A stretch of DNA of 63,307 nucleotides, filler included, from Octopus bimaculoides (GCF_001194135.2; 9 parts of 7 records of this genome joined end to end with filler, not necessarily neighbours in it); one strand, 5' to 3'; shown: positions 1 to 13,431, counted from the whole stretch's first letter. A program made the numbers and translations. Notes: generated by a model from the sequence alone, not told the origin.

Positions 1-39
<39 letters not shown>

Positions 40-220
40 TTATTCTTTTATGTTTCAGGTTTCAGTCCAAAGGCTGTGGCCTTGCTTGAACACACACACA
101 CACACACATATATATATATGTATATATAAGTGTATATATGTGTGTGTGTGCACGCCCGCGCGCGTGTGTGTATACATATATGAATATATATATATATACG
201 TATGTATGTAGTTATGTATG

Positions 221-252
<32 letters not shown>

Positions 253-3200
253 TGTATGTATGTATGCATATATAGTGGTAGCGTTGCAGAAGGAGATATT
301 GAACTAGCGGTTCACGAGTTGACAGATACGTACGTCCACTAAAGAGTATATCATAGAATGAAAGTTTCTTGGAAGTAACTCTGTATTCTACATGCATTAG
401 TCGAACCACTTGTCTGGAAAAGGTGGCAGAACTAAAAATTTGCGTTGTGTCATTTACAGAGAAATTTGTCTCTTGGACGCTTTTCGCTAATTCATCGTTC
501 ACACAGACACACATACGAACACCTTCGCTTACACATTAATGGATTGTAAATTATACAGATTAATAATAAAGATGAGTAGAGTTGAACTAGAAATGAAATA
601 AATAAAAGAGGAAAAGAACGCCACGTATGACATTCACCTGGTGAATTTATTAGTTGGAGAATTTATTAGGTGGGGAATTTATTAGTCATGAAACTAATTC
701 TTAGCTATTTTCTCTGCAGTCATGGTGACTTCGCGTCCGTATTGCTGATAGGCATTCAGTTACAGTATTCATAGTCATGAAATTAGCCTAAGTGGCTGAG
801 TACTTCGCAGTCATGGTTACCCATAACGCAATTCTCAAACCAAATCAGTGTGACACAATATGACAAGGTTTGGGTCTTCAAATAACACACACATTATCTC
901 TATTTCTCTCTCCCACAGACTGTCTCTCTCTCTCTTTCTCGACATGCGTGGCCGCCAACACTTTTTTCTGCAAAATAGGGGTAGTTTATCCTGTCCAGGC
1001 TATATTATTAGCATTATCCTGCGTTTGAGAATTTTAAAAATTACCTCTTTAACTTTCTAAGACTTTTCAACACTTCTAAAGCAAACTTCGTTTGTTTGTT
1101 TGTTTTCATCGTAATTTGAATTTATAGACACACACAGACACAGACACAGAACACACACACACACACANNNNNNNNNNNNNNNNNNNNNNNNNNNNNNNNN
1201 NNNNNNNNNNNNNNNNNNNNNNNNNNNNNNNNNNNNNNNNNNNNNNNNNNNNNNNNNNNNNNNNNNNNNNNNNNNNNNNNNNNNNNNNNNNNNNNNNNNN
1301 NNNNNNNNNNNNNNNNNNNNNNNNNNNNNNNNNNNNNNNNNNNNNNNNNNNNNNNNNNNNNNNNNNNNNNNNNNNNNNNNNNNNNNNNNNNNNNNNNNNN
1401 NNNNNNNNNNNNNNNNNNNNNNNNNNNNNNNNNNNNNNNNNNNNNNNNNNNNNNNNNNNNNNNNNNTTATGACTAGGAACTGTTTTTGCACATATACAAT
1501 CATGCATATGAAATTTTTAAGCATATGAAAGTTTTAAGCATAAGGATAAGTGCAACCTGATTAATAATAGAATAGTCCTTAGGGTATCATGCGTACATAG
1601 TGTCATCCGTACTTTTAAATATTTTCGAAAGTAGCATTTTATAGGTCTTGTGCTTGAACTGTTTTTGATGGAAACTTACTTTTAATATTTTTCTTATGGA
1701 AATTAAAGTACATTGCATACATTACAATATAATAAAAGCTATATAGTACAGTTAGTGTGCTAAACAAAGTTAGTATACTATCCATATGAATTTTTCCTGC
1801 CTAGTTGATCAGATTTCATCATGGTTTTAGTAATTACTCTATTTATCCCTTTCTTAAAGTGCTCCACCCTCCTGATCTTAGTATTTATAAGGGCCTTTAT
1901 GTAAGTAGCCCTTCTAATTAATTGCTCCTAAGAAATTATATCATGTATGGATTAACACTAAACACTTTTAAAGCCTATATTATACCTCTTAGTTTATAAT
2001 TAGTATATAGTTAGCATGTCCTATAACATCAATATTCCTTTAGTTTAATACCAGGTTTCAGTCTTTATAGATACAGACTAAATAAGTAAATAAACAATTT
2101 TTAATTTAAATACGTTTTCTATAAATCTTCTATATTTATGTTAATAAGGTATATATACTTCATCATGATTTTAGTGATTAAGCTATTTTATTCATTTTCT
2201 ATGGTGTTCTACCCTACCTGATCATTTTATTATTTTATAATAGCCTTTATGAAATAAACCTAATTTTTGTACTCCTAGAAATTCATACTTAACTTATATA
2301 TAACAGTACTGGTATCTTGAGAACTTATAATAAACTGCTTAGATTATAATTTAATTAATATATAGTTAGCATGTTCTTTCGCCTCAGTACTCCTTTATTA
2401 AATACCAGTAAATGCCAATGATCAATCTTCATAGCTACCATCTAATAAGTTAATATTTAAGTATATAATATGAATAAATATTAAACTATTTCCATGTAAT
2501 TTCTGTCCGCCCTCTGTTGTGGTAAATTTTGGTATATACTCAAAAGTATTCAAAAACTTTATCCTTTTGGTTATAATAGTCTTCTTAATAATCTTCTTGA
2601 TAACCCTAAATTTTAACTTTATACAACATAGCAATATTGTTTAAAGTATTCAACTATAGTACCCCACGATAAAATTGCCCCTGTATTATCATCATTGNNN
2701 NNNNNNNNNNNNNNNNNNNNNNNNNNNNNNNNNNNNNNNNNNNNNNNNNNNNNNNNNNNNNNNNNNNNNNNNNNNNNNNNNNNNNNNNNNNNNNNNNNNN
2801 NNNNNNNNNNNNNNNNNNNNNNNNNNNNNNNNNNNNNNNNNNNNNNNNNNNNNNNNNNNNNNNNNNNNNNNNNNNNNNNNNNNNNNNNNNNNNNNNNNNN
2901 NNNNNNNNNNNNNNNNNNNNNNNNNNNNNNNNNNNNNNNNNNNNNNNNNNNNNNNNNNNNNNNNNNNNNNNNNNNNNNNNNNNNNNNNNNNNNNNNNNNN
3001 NNNNNNNNNNNNNNNNNNNNNNNNNNNNNNNNNNNNNNNNNNNNNNNNNNNNNNNNNNNNNNNNNNNNNNNNNNNNNNNNNNNNNNNNNNNNNNNNNNNN
3101 NNNNNNNNNNNNNNNNNNNNNNNNNNNNNNNNNNNNNNNNNNNNNNNNNNNNNNNNNNNNNNNNNNNNNNNNNNNNNNNNNNNNNNNNNNNNNNNNNNNN

Positions 3201-3414
3201 NNNNNNNNNNNNNNNNNNNNNNNNNNNNNNNNNNNNNNNNNNNNNNNNNNNNNNNNNNNNNNNNNNNNNNNNNNNNNNNNNNNNNNNNNNNNNNNNNNNN
3301 NNNNNNNNNNNNNNNNNNNNNNNNNNNNNNNNNNNNNNNNNNNNNNNNNNNNNNNNNNNNNNNNNNNNNNNNNNNNNNNNNNNNNNNNNNNNNNNNNNNN
3401 NNNNNNNNNNNNNN

Positions 3415-3473
<59 letters not shown>

Positions 3474-3924
3474 CGTGTGTATGTGTGTGTGTATGTATGT
3501 ATGCATGTATATACATGTATAGATATAGATAGACAAGCAGACAGACAGGCAGGCAGACAGAAAGACAGACATATATATATACATATTATATTACATAACA
3601 TTTATACGTATTTTTATGCAGACATGCAAATACACGCATATATACGCATATACATGTGTACATGTGTAAATAGGTACTTACATACAAAAATAAACAGAGC
3701 TATACATGTTGAGAGGTATGTACGACAACTCGTATTAAAAATATAAATATAAATATTTCTATTTATTTGCGGATACATATAGGCAGAAATATATAAACAC
3801 ATGTTATTGGAAGAGGCCAGATACTTTCCATCGAGAAGGAAAAGGCTAACTACAAAATAAATCAGAATATAATTCTGATGGTATAGATACATATATTACA
3901 TATGGAGAAAACTAAAGAGTATAT

Positions 3925-4592
3925 TTATTCAATAAAATCGCCATTGCCTACAACCAAGGCCTCCAGACGACGTCGGAATCTCCTGGAACTCTTCTGGACA
4001 GTCTCCTTGTCTAAGCTGGTGAATGCTGCCATAATTCATGCCTTCAGTTCATCTTTGGTGTTACAAGGAGCTTTGTTGGTCTCTCGCTCAACTCCGCTCC
4101 ACGCATAATACTCAAGGGGGTTGCTGTCTGGGGAGTTAGGTGGCCACATGTTAGGGGTGATGTGGTCGCATAAATTCTCTGACAGCCATGACTGGGTTTT
4201 CTTGCTTGTGTAGCATGGTGCAGAGTCCTGTTTCCAGACATAGGGTCTTCCAGCAGCCACCCTCTTGACCCAAGGCAGCACTACTGCCTCCAGACACTTG
4301 TTGAGTGTGAGGCGTGTGAGAAGATGTTGAGTTTGAGTGTGAGGCAGTGTGGGAAGATGAATGGAGGCATAACGTCGCCATCACTAGTGATCACTCCAAA
4401 CACCATGATGTTGACTGGACGTTCGATTCGTATTGGCCCGAAGGCAGATTGAATTGCACCATGGTGGTGTTTTTCTCACAGACGGTGCCTAACTGACCCA
4501 ACTATACTGTATAGTAGACAAAATCAAAAACAAACAATGCGCGAAATTAAAGAAAAAAAATAAAATGCCGATTATTTACCCATCGCACCCTA
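3925..4592 (-). mobile_element. Tc1/mariner-superfamily transposon, internally deleted and degenerate
   Basis: 5' end TA|TAGGGTGCGATGGG, ATG at 4462, then a jump to the catalytic region: IMVFGVITSDG.MPPFIF, WKQDSAPCY, MWPPNSPDSNPLEYY, C-terminus RRFRRRLEALVVGNGDFIE*. No 3' TIR seen. Confidence 0.9.
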
Positions 4593-4663
4593 TATATANN
4601 NNNNNNNNNNNNNNNNNNNNNNNNNNNNNNNNNNNNNNNNNNNNNNNNNNNNNNNNNNNNNNN

Positions 4664-4733
<70 letters not shown>

Positions 4734-5059
4734 ATGTATATATATATATATATTCGTACATAGAAAAGTCTGTACACTTAAATATAGAAATAGAGAGCTA
4801 CACACGCAAATATACATACACACTCACACAGACCCTATACTCATAAATATACGTGCATCTGTATGAGTGAATATGAAAGCTAATTGAAAGGGATCCTAAT
4901 TTAAAGAAGTATACATCTAAAGAGATGTACACAAACGGTTGTTTTTAAAGTGTAAAAAGCTGGCAAACACGAAATGAAAAGTGTAAGATGAATCTTAACA
5001 ACCAAATATGGAAATGTTATTTGTGTATATTTGTGTACAAACATGCACAAATCTATAAG

Positions 5060-5110
<51 letters not shown>

Positions 5111-5129
5111 TTGTGTGACTATATTTTCT

Positions 5130-5420
5130 AATTCTTTCATTCTTTTGCTTGTTTGAGGCATTAGACTGCGGCCGTGCTGGGGCACCACCTTGAGGAAATT
5201 TTAATGGAGCTAATTGACCCCAGTACATAATTTCTTTTTTAAGTCGGGTAGTTATTCTATCGGTCATTTGCCGAAACGCTAGGTTACGGGAACGTAAACA
5301 CACCAAAACCGGTTGTTAACACACACACACACAGACACACACACACACATACAACGGGCTTTTTTCAGTTTCCATCTACCAAATCTACTCACAAAATTTG
5401 GTTGAAGACACTCGCCCATC
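5130..5420 (-). mobile_element. tRNA-derived SINE family A, 3' part
   Basis: Reverse complement matches the copy at 45605-46020 (central (GT)n, CCAGCATGGCCGCAGTC end). Confidence 0.8.
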
Positions 5421-5444
5421 ATCATTACTATTACTATTGTTAAA

Positions 5445-5660
5445 GACGACGAGCTGGCAGAAACGTTAGCACGCTGGACGAAATCCTTAGCGGTATTTCG
5501 CCTGTCGCTCCGTTCTGAGTTCAAATTCCGTCGAGGTCGACCTTGCCTTTCATCTTTTCGGGGCCGATGAAATAAGTACCGGTTGAACACTGGGGTCTAT
5601 TTACTCGACTCATCCCCTCCCCGAAAATTGCTGCCCTTGTGGTAAAATTTGAAATCATTA
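5445..5660 (+). mobile_element. SINE family B
   Basis: GAGCTGGCAGAAACGTTAGC head, GTTCAAATTCC B-box, GCCTTTCATC(C)TTTCGGG..GATAAAATAAGTACC central block, (ATT)n tail; many sister copies in the window. Confidence 0.85.
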
Positions 5661-5696
5661 TTATTTATTGTCTTTGCACAGCGTCTAACGCTGGAG

Positions 5697-7065
5697 ATTA
5701 TTATTATTATTATTATTGTTCAGTAGTTTTATTTTTATAACGTGCCTTCACTTCACTATCGAGTGCCTTGGGTATGTGCTGTAGTTTGCTGTAATGCTCT
5801 TATAGGTGCTGTATTGAAAGTTTTTTGTGTAGGATGTGTGCAGTGCCCAGTAGTGCAATTTTCTGTATGTTATATATATTTGTAAGTCCTGGTGTTTTTG
5901 TTATGTATTTGTCTGAATATTTTTTTATTATACCTAAGGCACCTACTATGATAGGGATTGTTTCTGTTTTTAGATTCCACATTCGAGTTACCTCTATTTC
6001 CAGGTCTTTGTATTTTGAAAGTTTTTCCATTTCTTTTAGGGAAACGTTGTCATCTGCTGGTATTGATACATCAATTTGAAAGCATTTTTTTTTCTTCATG
6101 ATCTTTGACAACTATATCTGGTCTATTTGCCTTAATTTCTCTATCTTTGTGTATTGGCATATCCCNNNNNNNNNNNNNNNNNNNNNNNNNNNNNNNNNNN
6201 NNNNNNNNNNNNNNNNNNNNNNNNNNNNNNNNNNNNNNNNNNNNNNNNNNNNNNNNNNNNNNNNNNNNNNNNNNNNNNNNNNNNNNNNNNNNNNNNNNNN
6301 NNNNNNNNNNNNNNNNNNNNNNNNNNNNNNNNNNNNNNNNNNNNNNNNNNNNNNNNNNNNNNNNNNNNNNNNNNNNNNNNNNNNNNNNNNNNNNNNNNNN
6401 NNNNNNNNNNNNNNNNNNNNNNNNNNNNNNNNNNNNNNNNNNNNNNNNNNNNNNNNNNNNNNNNNNNNNNNNNNNNNNNNNNNNNNNNNNNNNNNNNNNN
6501 NNNNNNNNNNNNNNNNNNNNNNNNNNNNNNNNNNNNNNNNNNNNNNNNNNNNNNNNNNNNNNNNNNNNNNNNNNNNNNNNNNNNNNNNNNNNNNNNNNNN
6601 NNNNNNNNNNNNNNNNNNNNNNNNNNNNNNNNNNNNNNNNNNNNNNNNNNNNNNNNNNNNNNNNNNNNNNNNNNNNNNNNNNNNNNNNNNNNNNNNNNTC
6701 TTCTTCGCATTTGTTAGGTAGATTGATTTCTTGTTTGTATTTGTCAGCTTCCTTAAATACTGAAAACAGTTTTTTGTTTTGCTCGTGTTTTGTGGCTATT
6801 TGTATTAGTTTTCCTTGCTTCTGGAGTAGGTATTTTTGCAGTCCTATGGTGGTTATTTTATAATAGTTTTCCAGCTGTATAAGATCCCTGCCACCTTCTG
6901 TGCGTTGTATATATAGCCTTTCTATGTCAGATTTTGGGTGGTGCATCCTATATCCTGTCACTATTTTTCTTCTTGTTTTCCTGTCTATTTTAGATAGTTC
7001 GTTTAGTGTCCAATTAAGGATATTGTAGTTGTAACTTATAACTGGGACGGCTAAAGTGTTAATAC
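5697..7065 (-). mobile_element. 5'-truncated R4/Dong-clade non-LTR retrotransposon (RT C-terminus plus RLE endonuclease)
   Basis: INTLAVPVISY...KIDRKTRR...MHHPKSDIERLYIQRTEGGR and DREIKANRPDIVVKD...IDVSIP...EKLSKYKDL...IPIIVGALG (RLE PD..D motif). Homopolymer frameshift near 6083; 3' (TAA)n tail at 5697-5718; middle lies in a gap. Confidence 0.9.
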
Positions 7066-8467
7066 CTAAATATGGGAAAACTCACTGGTTTGGATATTCA
7101 AGTTCTAAATTTTTGTTGTGAGAATGAAATCGGTATTGGGTATAGAAATTTATGTTGATACTACGTACGGATACTGAAAGCAAAGTTTCCGAATCGTAAT
7201 GACTTTTCGAAAACGAGACATCACCAGTCAAACAAATATTTTAAAAATTATAATAGAGCGTGTAGTTTAAATGACTGAGAAGAAATAATTGTATTAAACA
7301 TTGTTTAGTTTAAGGGCGATCAATATTTGAGAAAAAAATTAGAACCATACATTTATAAGCTTGGAGATACATAATGATGTATTAAAAATGATGTAAGAAA
7401 CTTTGTTATGACAGAAAAAGAGTCGCAGGAAAAGCGTAAACTGAAATTCTTTAACATAGAATTTCATTGTTAGAAGGTAAGTACTACATAAAAATAGAAT
7501 GGTTGAATTTAAAATCTGACAAGAAAAGAAAAAACAACAAAAAATTTGCGGTAAAACACCTTACTTAAAAATACAGATACATAGAGTGGGAAATTCAGCA
7601 AATTTTAATGGCCGGTTTATAGATAAGTAAGAGAAGATGAACAAGAATTGGGATAAGTATTTTAGAAACGATAAGAGTTCTGACTGAGAAGAAATAGTTA
7701 AGAAAATTAATGTTAAGTGATTAGGAAAGTATATATACGATGTGCTTGTGCTCGAATAAAGATAGAATAGACTTTGAAAGAATTTAAAAGTAAGCAATGG
7801 TAAAGGAGAAATTGGAAGAAATTACGAAAGAAATGAGAAGAGATATCATAGAGAAGAATAGAAAAGAAAAGCTGAATAACGTTAGTGAATAATAAAATTG
7901 AAATAACTATATCTATCAAAGTAAAAATATTTTAACTAGTGAAGATAGACGTGTACATAAAATGATAAATATGCCTGGTAAATGTTTTAAGAATTACATA
8001 TATTAATCTTCCTAACGCGAGAGCGTATGTATAAATGCACACAAACGTATATAGCAAATAAAAATGTAGAAGAAATTATTCATGTATACATGAATGTATA
8101 TATACACATATACGTGAGTACGCGCAAACATTACGTAACCAACCAAGTTGATTTTTGATACTTATATTAGATAGTTTTGGTTTTATATTTCCATTGATTA
8201 ATTTTGGCCTATCTATTTTATAATATACAATTTTCAATTTTCTTTCTATTAATTTACTTGGAAGTTTTTATAATTTGTGTCTATTTGAATACACGTGTTG
8301 CGCTTTATCAAGGAAAAGCTAAAAGTAGAATATGGGTTTAAAACAATGGGAAACTACAGGTGATCCAGCAATACTCTCAAAGTCATTCACTTGATGACGT
8401 GTCTGTACGCTGCTGTTGATGGATCATATCTATATAATGTTATTTTATATAAATATATGCATATACA

Positions 8468-8501
<34 letters not shown>

Positions 8502-8741
8502 AGANNNNNNNNNNNNNNNNNNNNNNNNNNNNNNNNNNNNNNNNNNNNNNNNNNNNNNNNNNNNNNNNNNNNNNNNNNNNNNNNNNNNNNNNNNNNNNNN
8601 NNNNNNNNNNNNNNNNNNNNNNNNNNNNNNNNNNNNNNNNNNNNNNNNNNNNNNNNNNNNNNNNNNNNNNNNNNNNNNNNNNNNNNNNNNNNNNNNNNNN
8701 NNNNNNNNNNNNNNNNNNNNNNNNNNNNNNNNNNNNNNNNN

Positions 8742-8785
<44 letters not shown>

Positions 8786-9180
8786 TGTGTGTGTGTCTGT
8801 GTGTTTGTGCATGTGTATGCCTAAGTGTGTTTCTTTGTATTAACGTGTGTATGTATACGTAAGTGTATGTGTCTGTGTTTACGAAGTACATGCGCAGATT
8901 TTTATGTATACAATAAAATATGGACATAACATATAAATATATATTACATACATATTTAAGTATGGGTGATTAAGCACCTCTGTATATTATGAGTAGGTGC
9001 GCATACAATCCCCCGCCCAAACCAAATACACACATGTATGTATGCACATATACATATTAGGTACATATTACATATAGTTTATATATAATGTACATATATT
9101 ATATATATACATATATACTCATACAAACACATATATATATATATATATATGTAATGTATATATATATATTATCTATTTGT

Positions 9181-9219
<39 letters not shown>

Positions 9220-9319
9220 NNNNNNNNNNNNNNNNNNNNNNNNNNNNNNNNNNNNNNNNNNNNNNNNNNNNNNNNNNNNNNNNNNNNNNNNNNNNNNNNN
9301 NNNNNNNNNNNNNNNNNNN

Positions 9320-10065
9320 AAATAGCTGTGGGCTTTGAATCCCAAGCTATTGCAATACATGGTCGTCACACTAGCTGGGATAGTTGGGATCTTTGGAACC
9401 GTGCAGTAATGTCCAGTTCAGGGGCTGGTATAGCTCTCGTTGCCAAAGTTTGGTACCAACCCTCCAAGGATCTTCCATACGTATATCATTGCATACTTCT
9501 CTCGTCTTCGCCCCAGTAAGTAGAGACGTAGCTCTCTCAGTCCCTCTCAGTAGCACAGCTATTTCATTGATGCAAACTTCCTGGTGTAGAACCACTGAAC
9601 ATCCTCAAGTTCTGCTATTAATTTGATACTGTGGAATGACCACAGTTGAGAGCAGTAGTCCAGACGGCTGAGGACAAATGTCCTCCATAAAACCAGCATA
9701 GTTTCCTGGTTCCTTGTTCTGAAACTTTTCGGAATTTATCCGGTCATTCGTCTGTGCATTGTGACAATCTTGATGAGATGCCTGTGAACGAGATGTTGTT
9801 ACTAATATCAAACTCGGGGAATGCTGCTCCTTTTGGTCCAAAGTAACTTTGTTTCAGCATGTTAGTACAAGCTAACTGTTAGAGGAGGGCTAGAAATTTT
9901 CCTGCCTTAAATTGTATATTGTTTTCTCCAGCCCATTTATACATTGCATCTAAGTCTTTCTGTATAAGATCAGCATCGGGACTTTCCTTGACTGCCTGTA
10001 CTACTTTTGTGTTGTCGGCACACATAGTAAGTGTAGCTGTCTGTATAACTGATGGCATGCCCGGA
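9320..10065 (-). mobile_element. CR1/L2-type LINE reverse transcriptase fragment, degenerate
   Basis: Minus frame LTMCADNTKVV (decayed YADD)...QKDLDAMYKWA...TMLVLWRTFVLSRLDYCSQLWS...ELEDVQ...LRELRLY...RRREKY, with stops. Confidence 0.85.
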
Positions 10066-10266
10066 CCATCTTATGTTTCTCAGATATAGCCTGGGAACAC
10101 AATACATAATACAGTCAAAGATTAAGCTATTCAAAATGCATTGTTTTGTTTTTACATTAAAATGTAATATGAAAGATCTTAGGCTGCTATCTCTAGCATG
10201 CCGATTGAACACATTGAAATAACGACTGCCTCGTTGATACACCAACGTAAACATTTATGAGGCGGT

Positions 10267-10472
10267 GGGGTGCTGAAAAGTTCCTGGTTTTGAGTAAAAG
10301 AAAATACAGGAAGATCAGATATGATTTTATTTAACACGTTCCCCTCTCAGATTCACACACTTATTGCAGCGGTCCTTCGGTTTTTCTAAGCCCTGTAAAA
10401 GAATTCTGAAGATTGAGTCGCCAGCCAGGCCTTTCGTGACTTCCTTAAAACCAGGAACTTTTCAGTAGCCTC
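10267..10472. mobile_element. Mariner-type MITE
   Basis: TIRs GGGGTGCTGAAAAGTTCCTGGTTTT (10267-10291) and AAAACCAGGAACTTTTCAGTAGCCTC (10447-10472). Confidence 0.75.
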
Positions 10473-10929
10473 TTGTGTGTGTGGTTTATCTGTTATCAAA
10501 TGAGCCCTCCCTTTCCTTTTTTTTTTAGATGATATGTGTGTAATCTGAAGATTTGGTGACTACTCCTAGTAGGTCAAGCGTCCAAGCCGGTCATTCCTCG
10601 TTGAGTAGCGAAAAAAAATGTATTCGGTTTTTGTAGATATCTCTATTATCGCCGTCACTACCACTATTAACATCCCCTTTATATTCGACGTCACCACCAC
10701 CGCCGCCGCCGCGACCACCACCACCAAAGGGAGTCTGATTTTGTGAACATTCGTCGTGCTCGAAATAGCTACTAAATCTTCCTGCATTCATATCTTACTT
10801 TCTTAAAAAAAACACACGCACACACACTTTTGGATTATGTAATCCTAGATAAACTGTGTTGTGATGAAAAGTCAAGATAGTCACGGTTTCATTGTCTTTG
10901 ATCAAAATGATCAGGGTCGGGATGATCAG

Positions 10930-11890
10930 TGTTAAATAACAACAAAAGCTTCAACAACAACAACAACTGCAACAATACCTGCCTGAAACAATTCATTACT
11001 CCCGCTATCATCATAATGGAAACAGTGCACACAACTACCATCAACATCACCATCACCATCACCATCACCATTACCACGTGTAGCACATCACATAAACAAC
11101 TCTACATCTAACCCCTCCCACCACCTCTACCACCACTGCCACAACCACCACCACCATCATCATCACTAACATCATCATCACTAACATCATCATCACTAAC
11201 ATCATCATCACTAACATCATCATCGCTACCTTCATCATCATCGTCGTCGTCGTTGTCGTCATCATCATGTATGTTATCATCATTATCAATGTTATCATCA
11301 TCATCATCATCATCATCGTCATCGTCGACAACCATAACAACAACTGCAACAGAAGCAAAAAGAACTTCATCAACAATAGTTTATCAATTATTGTTTGAAA
11401 CATGCCGTACATGTAATATGCGAAGACCATTTTCAGTTACCAATGCAAACAACTCCGCCGCCACCACCACCACCATCACCACCACCACCACCACCACCAC
11501 CACCACCACCACTACTACATCATCATTATCATCATCAGCATCGTCCTCATTATTAGAGGCAGCAGCAGCAGCGATATCAGCAGCAACAGCAACGTTCTCA
11601 TCAACAGCACCGACAACAACATCAGAGATAGGAACATCAGATGATGACAATAGTCATTGAGAATGGCCACCGCCAACAACAGCAACAAAAGGCAACAACC
11701 AACATACGTTGGCAAACATTCATAATAACATAAGCAGCAGAAATATATACAAGAGCAATCACAACAACAACAACAACAACAACAACAACACCAGGCACAA
11801 GCAATCAACGAAAATACAACAGCAGCAACAACAGGAACGAGAATAGCAAACAGTAAAATACAAATAAGTGACAACAACAAACAACAAGAC
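10930..11890. repeat. Patchwork of trinucleotide microsatellites (CAA, CAT, CAC, TCA) with interspersed unique sequence
   Basis: Direct reading; includes four (TCATCATCACTAACA)-type units at 11160-11225. Confidence 0.9.
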
Positions 11891-12259
11891 AAATTGCATT
11901 TTTGTGAGATCATTTGTTTTTGTTTGTCTTGTATTGTTTTTTTTGTTTTTTTTTCTTCTTATATTTGTTTGTTTTTATTTTGTTTTGTCTTTCTTTTATT
12001 TTTTTTTATTTTTGCCTGTTTTGTTTTGTTTTGTTTTGTCTTTTTTTTATCACCAGGAAAAGAATATGTATCTGCATGAGTAAACGATGATCTTGCCGAA
12101 AGGCCTGCCATCATTTAAAGGAAATATCATCTGCTTTAATCAGTATTTTAGTTGATAAATTGACAGTGTTCTTGCAAACATATTGTAGGTGATATTTCCG
12201 AGAGATTTAGAGATTTCAAAAGCAAAATGTTGACGCCATTTTTATGTAAACTTTCTTCT

Positions 12260-12925
12260 CTGAAACTCATTAGTCTTCCCCACTCTCTACCTCCTCCTCC
12301 TCCTCCTCCTCCTCCTCCTTCTTCTTCTTCTTCTTCTTCTTCTTCTTCTTCACTTTCTTCACCTTCTTCTTCTCTTCCTTCTTCTCATTCTCTTCTTCTT
12401 CTTCTTCTTCTTCCTCCTCCTCCTCCTCCTCCTCCTCCTTCCCCATATTCTTCTTCTTCAACCTTCTTTTCCAATCTTTCCCCCCATTTGACATCATACA
12501 TTCATTTTTAGTTTCCCTTTATTTACCTTTCTTTCCTTCAATCTCTTTTGTTTATCGTTCTTCCTTTCTCTTTCACTCACCTGCCATCTTATAAAGTTAT
12601 ACTCACCTTTTTTTCCCGGTTTTTCTTAACCAGCCTCTCTAACTCTTTTCTCGCTCCATCGCTTTCTCTCCCGCCTCCCCCTCTCTCTCTCTCTCATATG
12701 TCACCTTATGCTTATATGTCATATTTTTCATCCTCGTATACTCCTCCTCATGCTCTCTCAATTCCTTGTCTCTTTCCTTCTCTCTCTCTCTCACTATTTA
12801 CATGTCACCTTTTCACTCTCCCCTCTCTCTCCTTGCATTCTCTCCATTCCACCTCTCTTTGTCTTCCAGCCTCTTACCCCCTCGCTCTCCCTATTGTTTC
12901 TGTTTTCTCTTATCTTTCCTACCCG

Positions 12926-12959
<34 letters not shown>

Positions 12960-12993
12960 TTATATCTATATATCTATCTATCTACCTACTTAC

Positions 12994-13028
<35 letters not shown>

Positions 13029-13036
13029 CCTACCTT

Positions 13037-13092
<56 letters not shown>

Positions 13093-13100
13093 CCTACCTT

Positions 13101-13139
<39 letters not shown>

Positions 13140-13270
13140 CAGTTTGTCTATATGTCTCCTCCTTACTGTCCATTCTCTCACTCCTTTCTGTTCTCGCCAT
13201 TCTCTCTCTCTTTTCCGCTTACTTTCTCTCTTTCACCGCTCACTCCTCTTCTCCCACTCAATTTTTCCTT
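12260..13270. repeat. Polypyrimidine low-complexity block: (CCT)n, (CTT)n, (CT)n, (CTAT)n
   Basis: Direct reading. Confidence 0.95.
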
Positions 13271-13431
13271 TCTAATTTCTCTTTCTCTTCTAACCAGACT
13301 TGGTTTCTCTTACGAAATTTGAATTTTCTATTTATTTATTCGCATTCGCTAAATTTTACTCGACAAACATCACCCCTTTCCTTTCTACTTCATTTATTGC
13401 TTCAAGAAAACCAAAAGATTATATCAAAATA

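Noticed and set aside
1467-2697. Possible mitochondrial insertion (NUMT)
   Set aside because: AT-rich, but no recognisable mitochondrial protein, rRNA or tRNA motif in the frames I translated; internal ~350-bp repetition is not expected.
1057-3601. Long ORFs spanning N runs or microsatellites, here and throughout the ORF track
   Set aside because: Open only because of X codons or dinucleotide repeats (HTHT, YIYI, CVCV).
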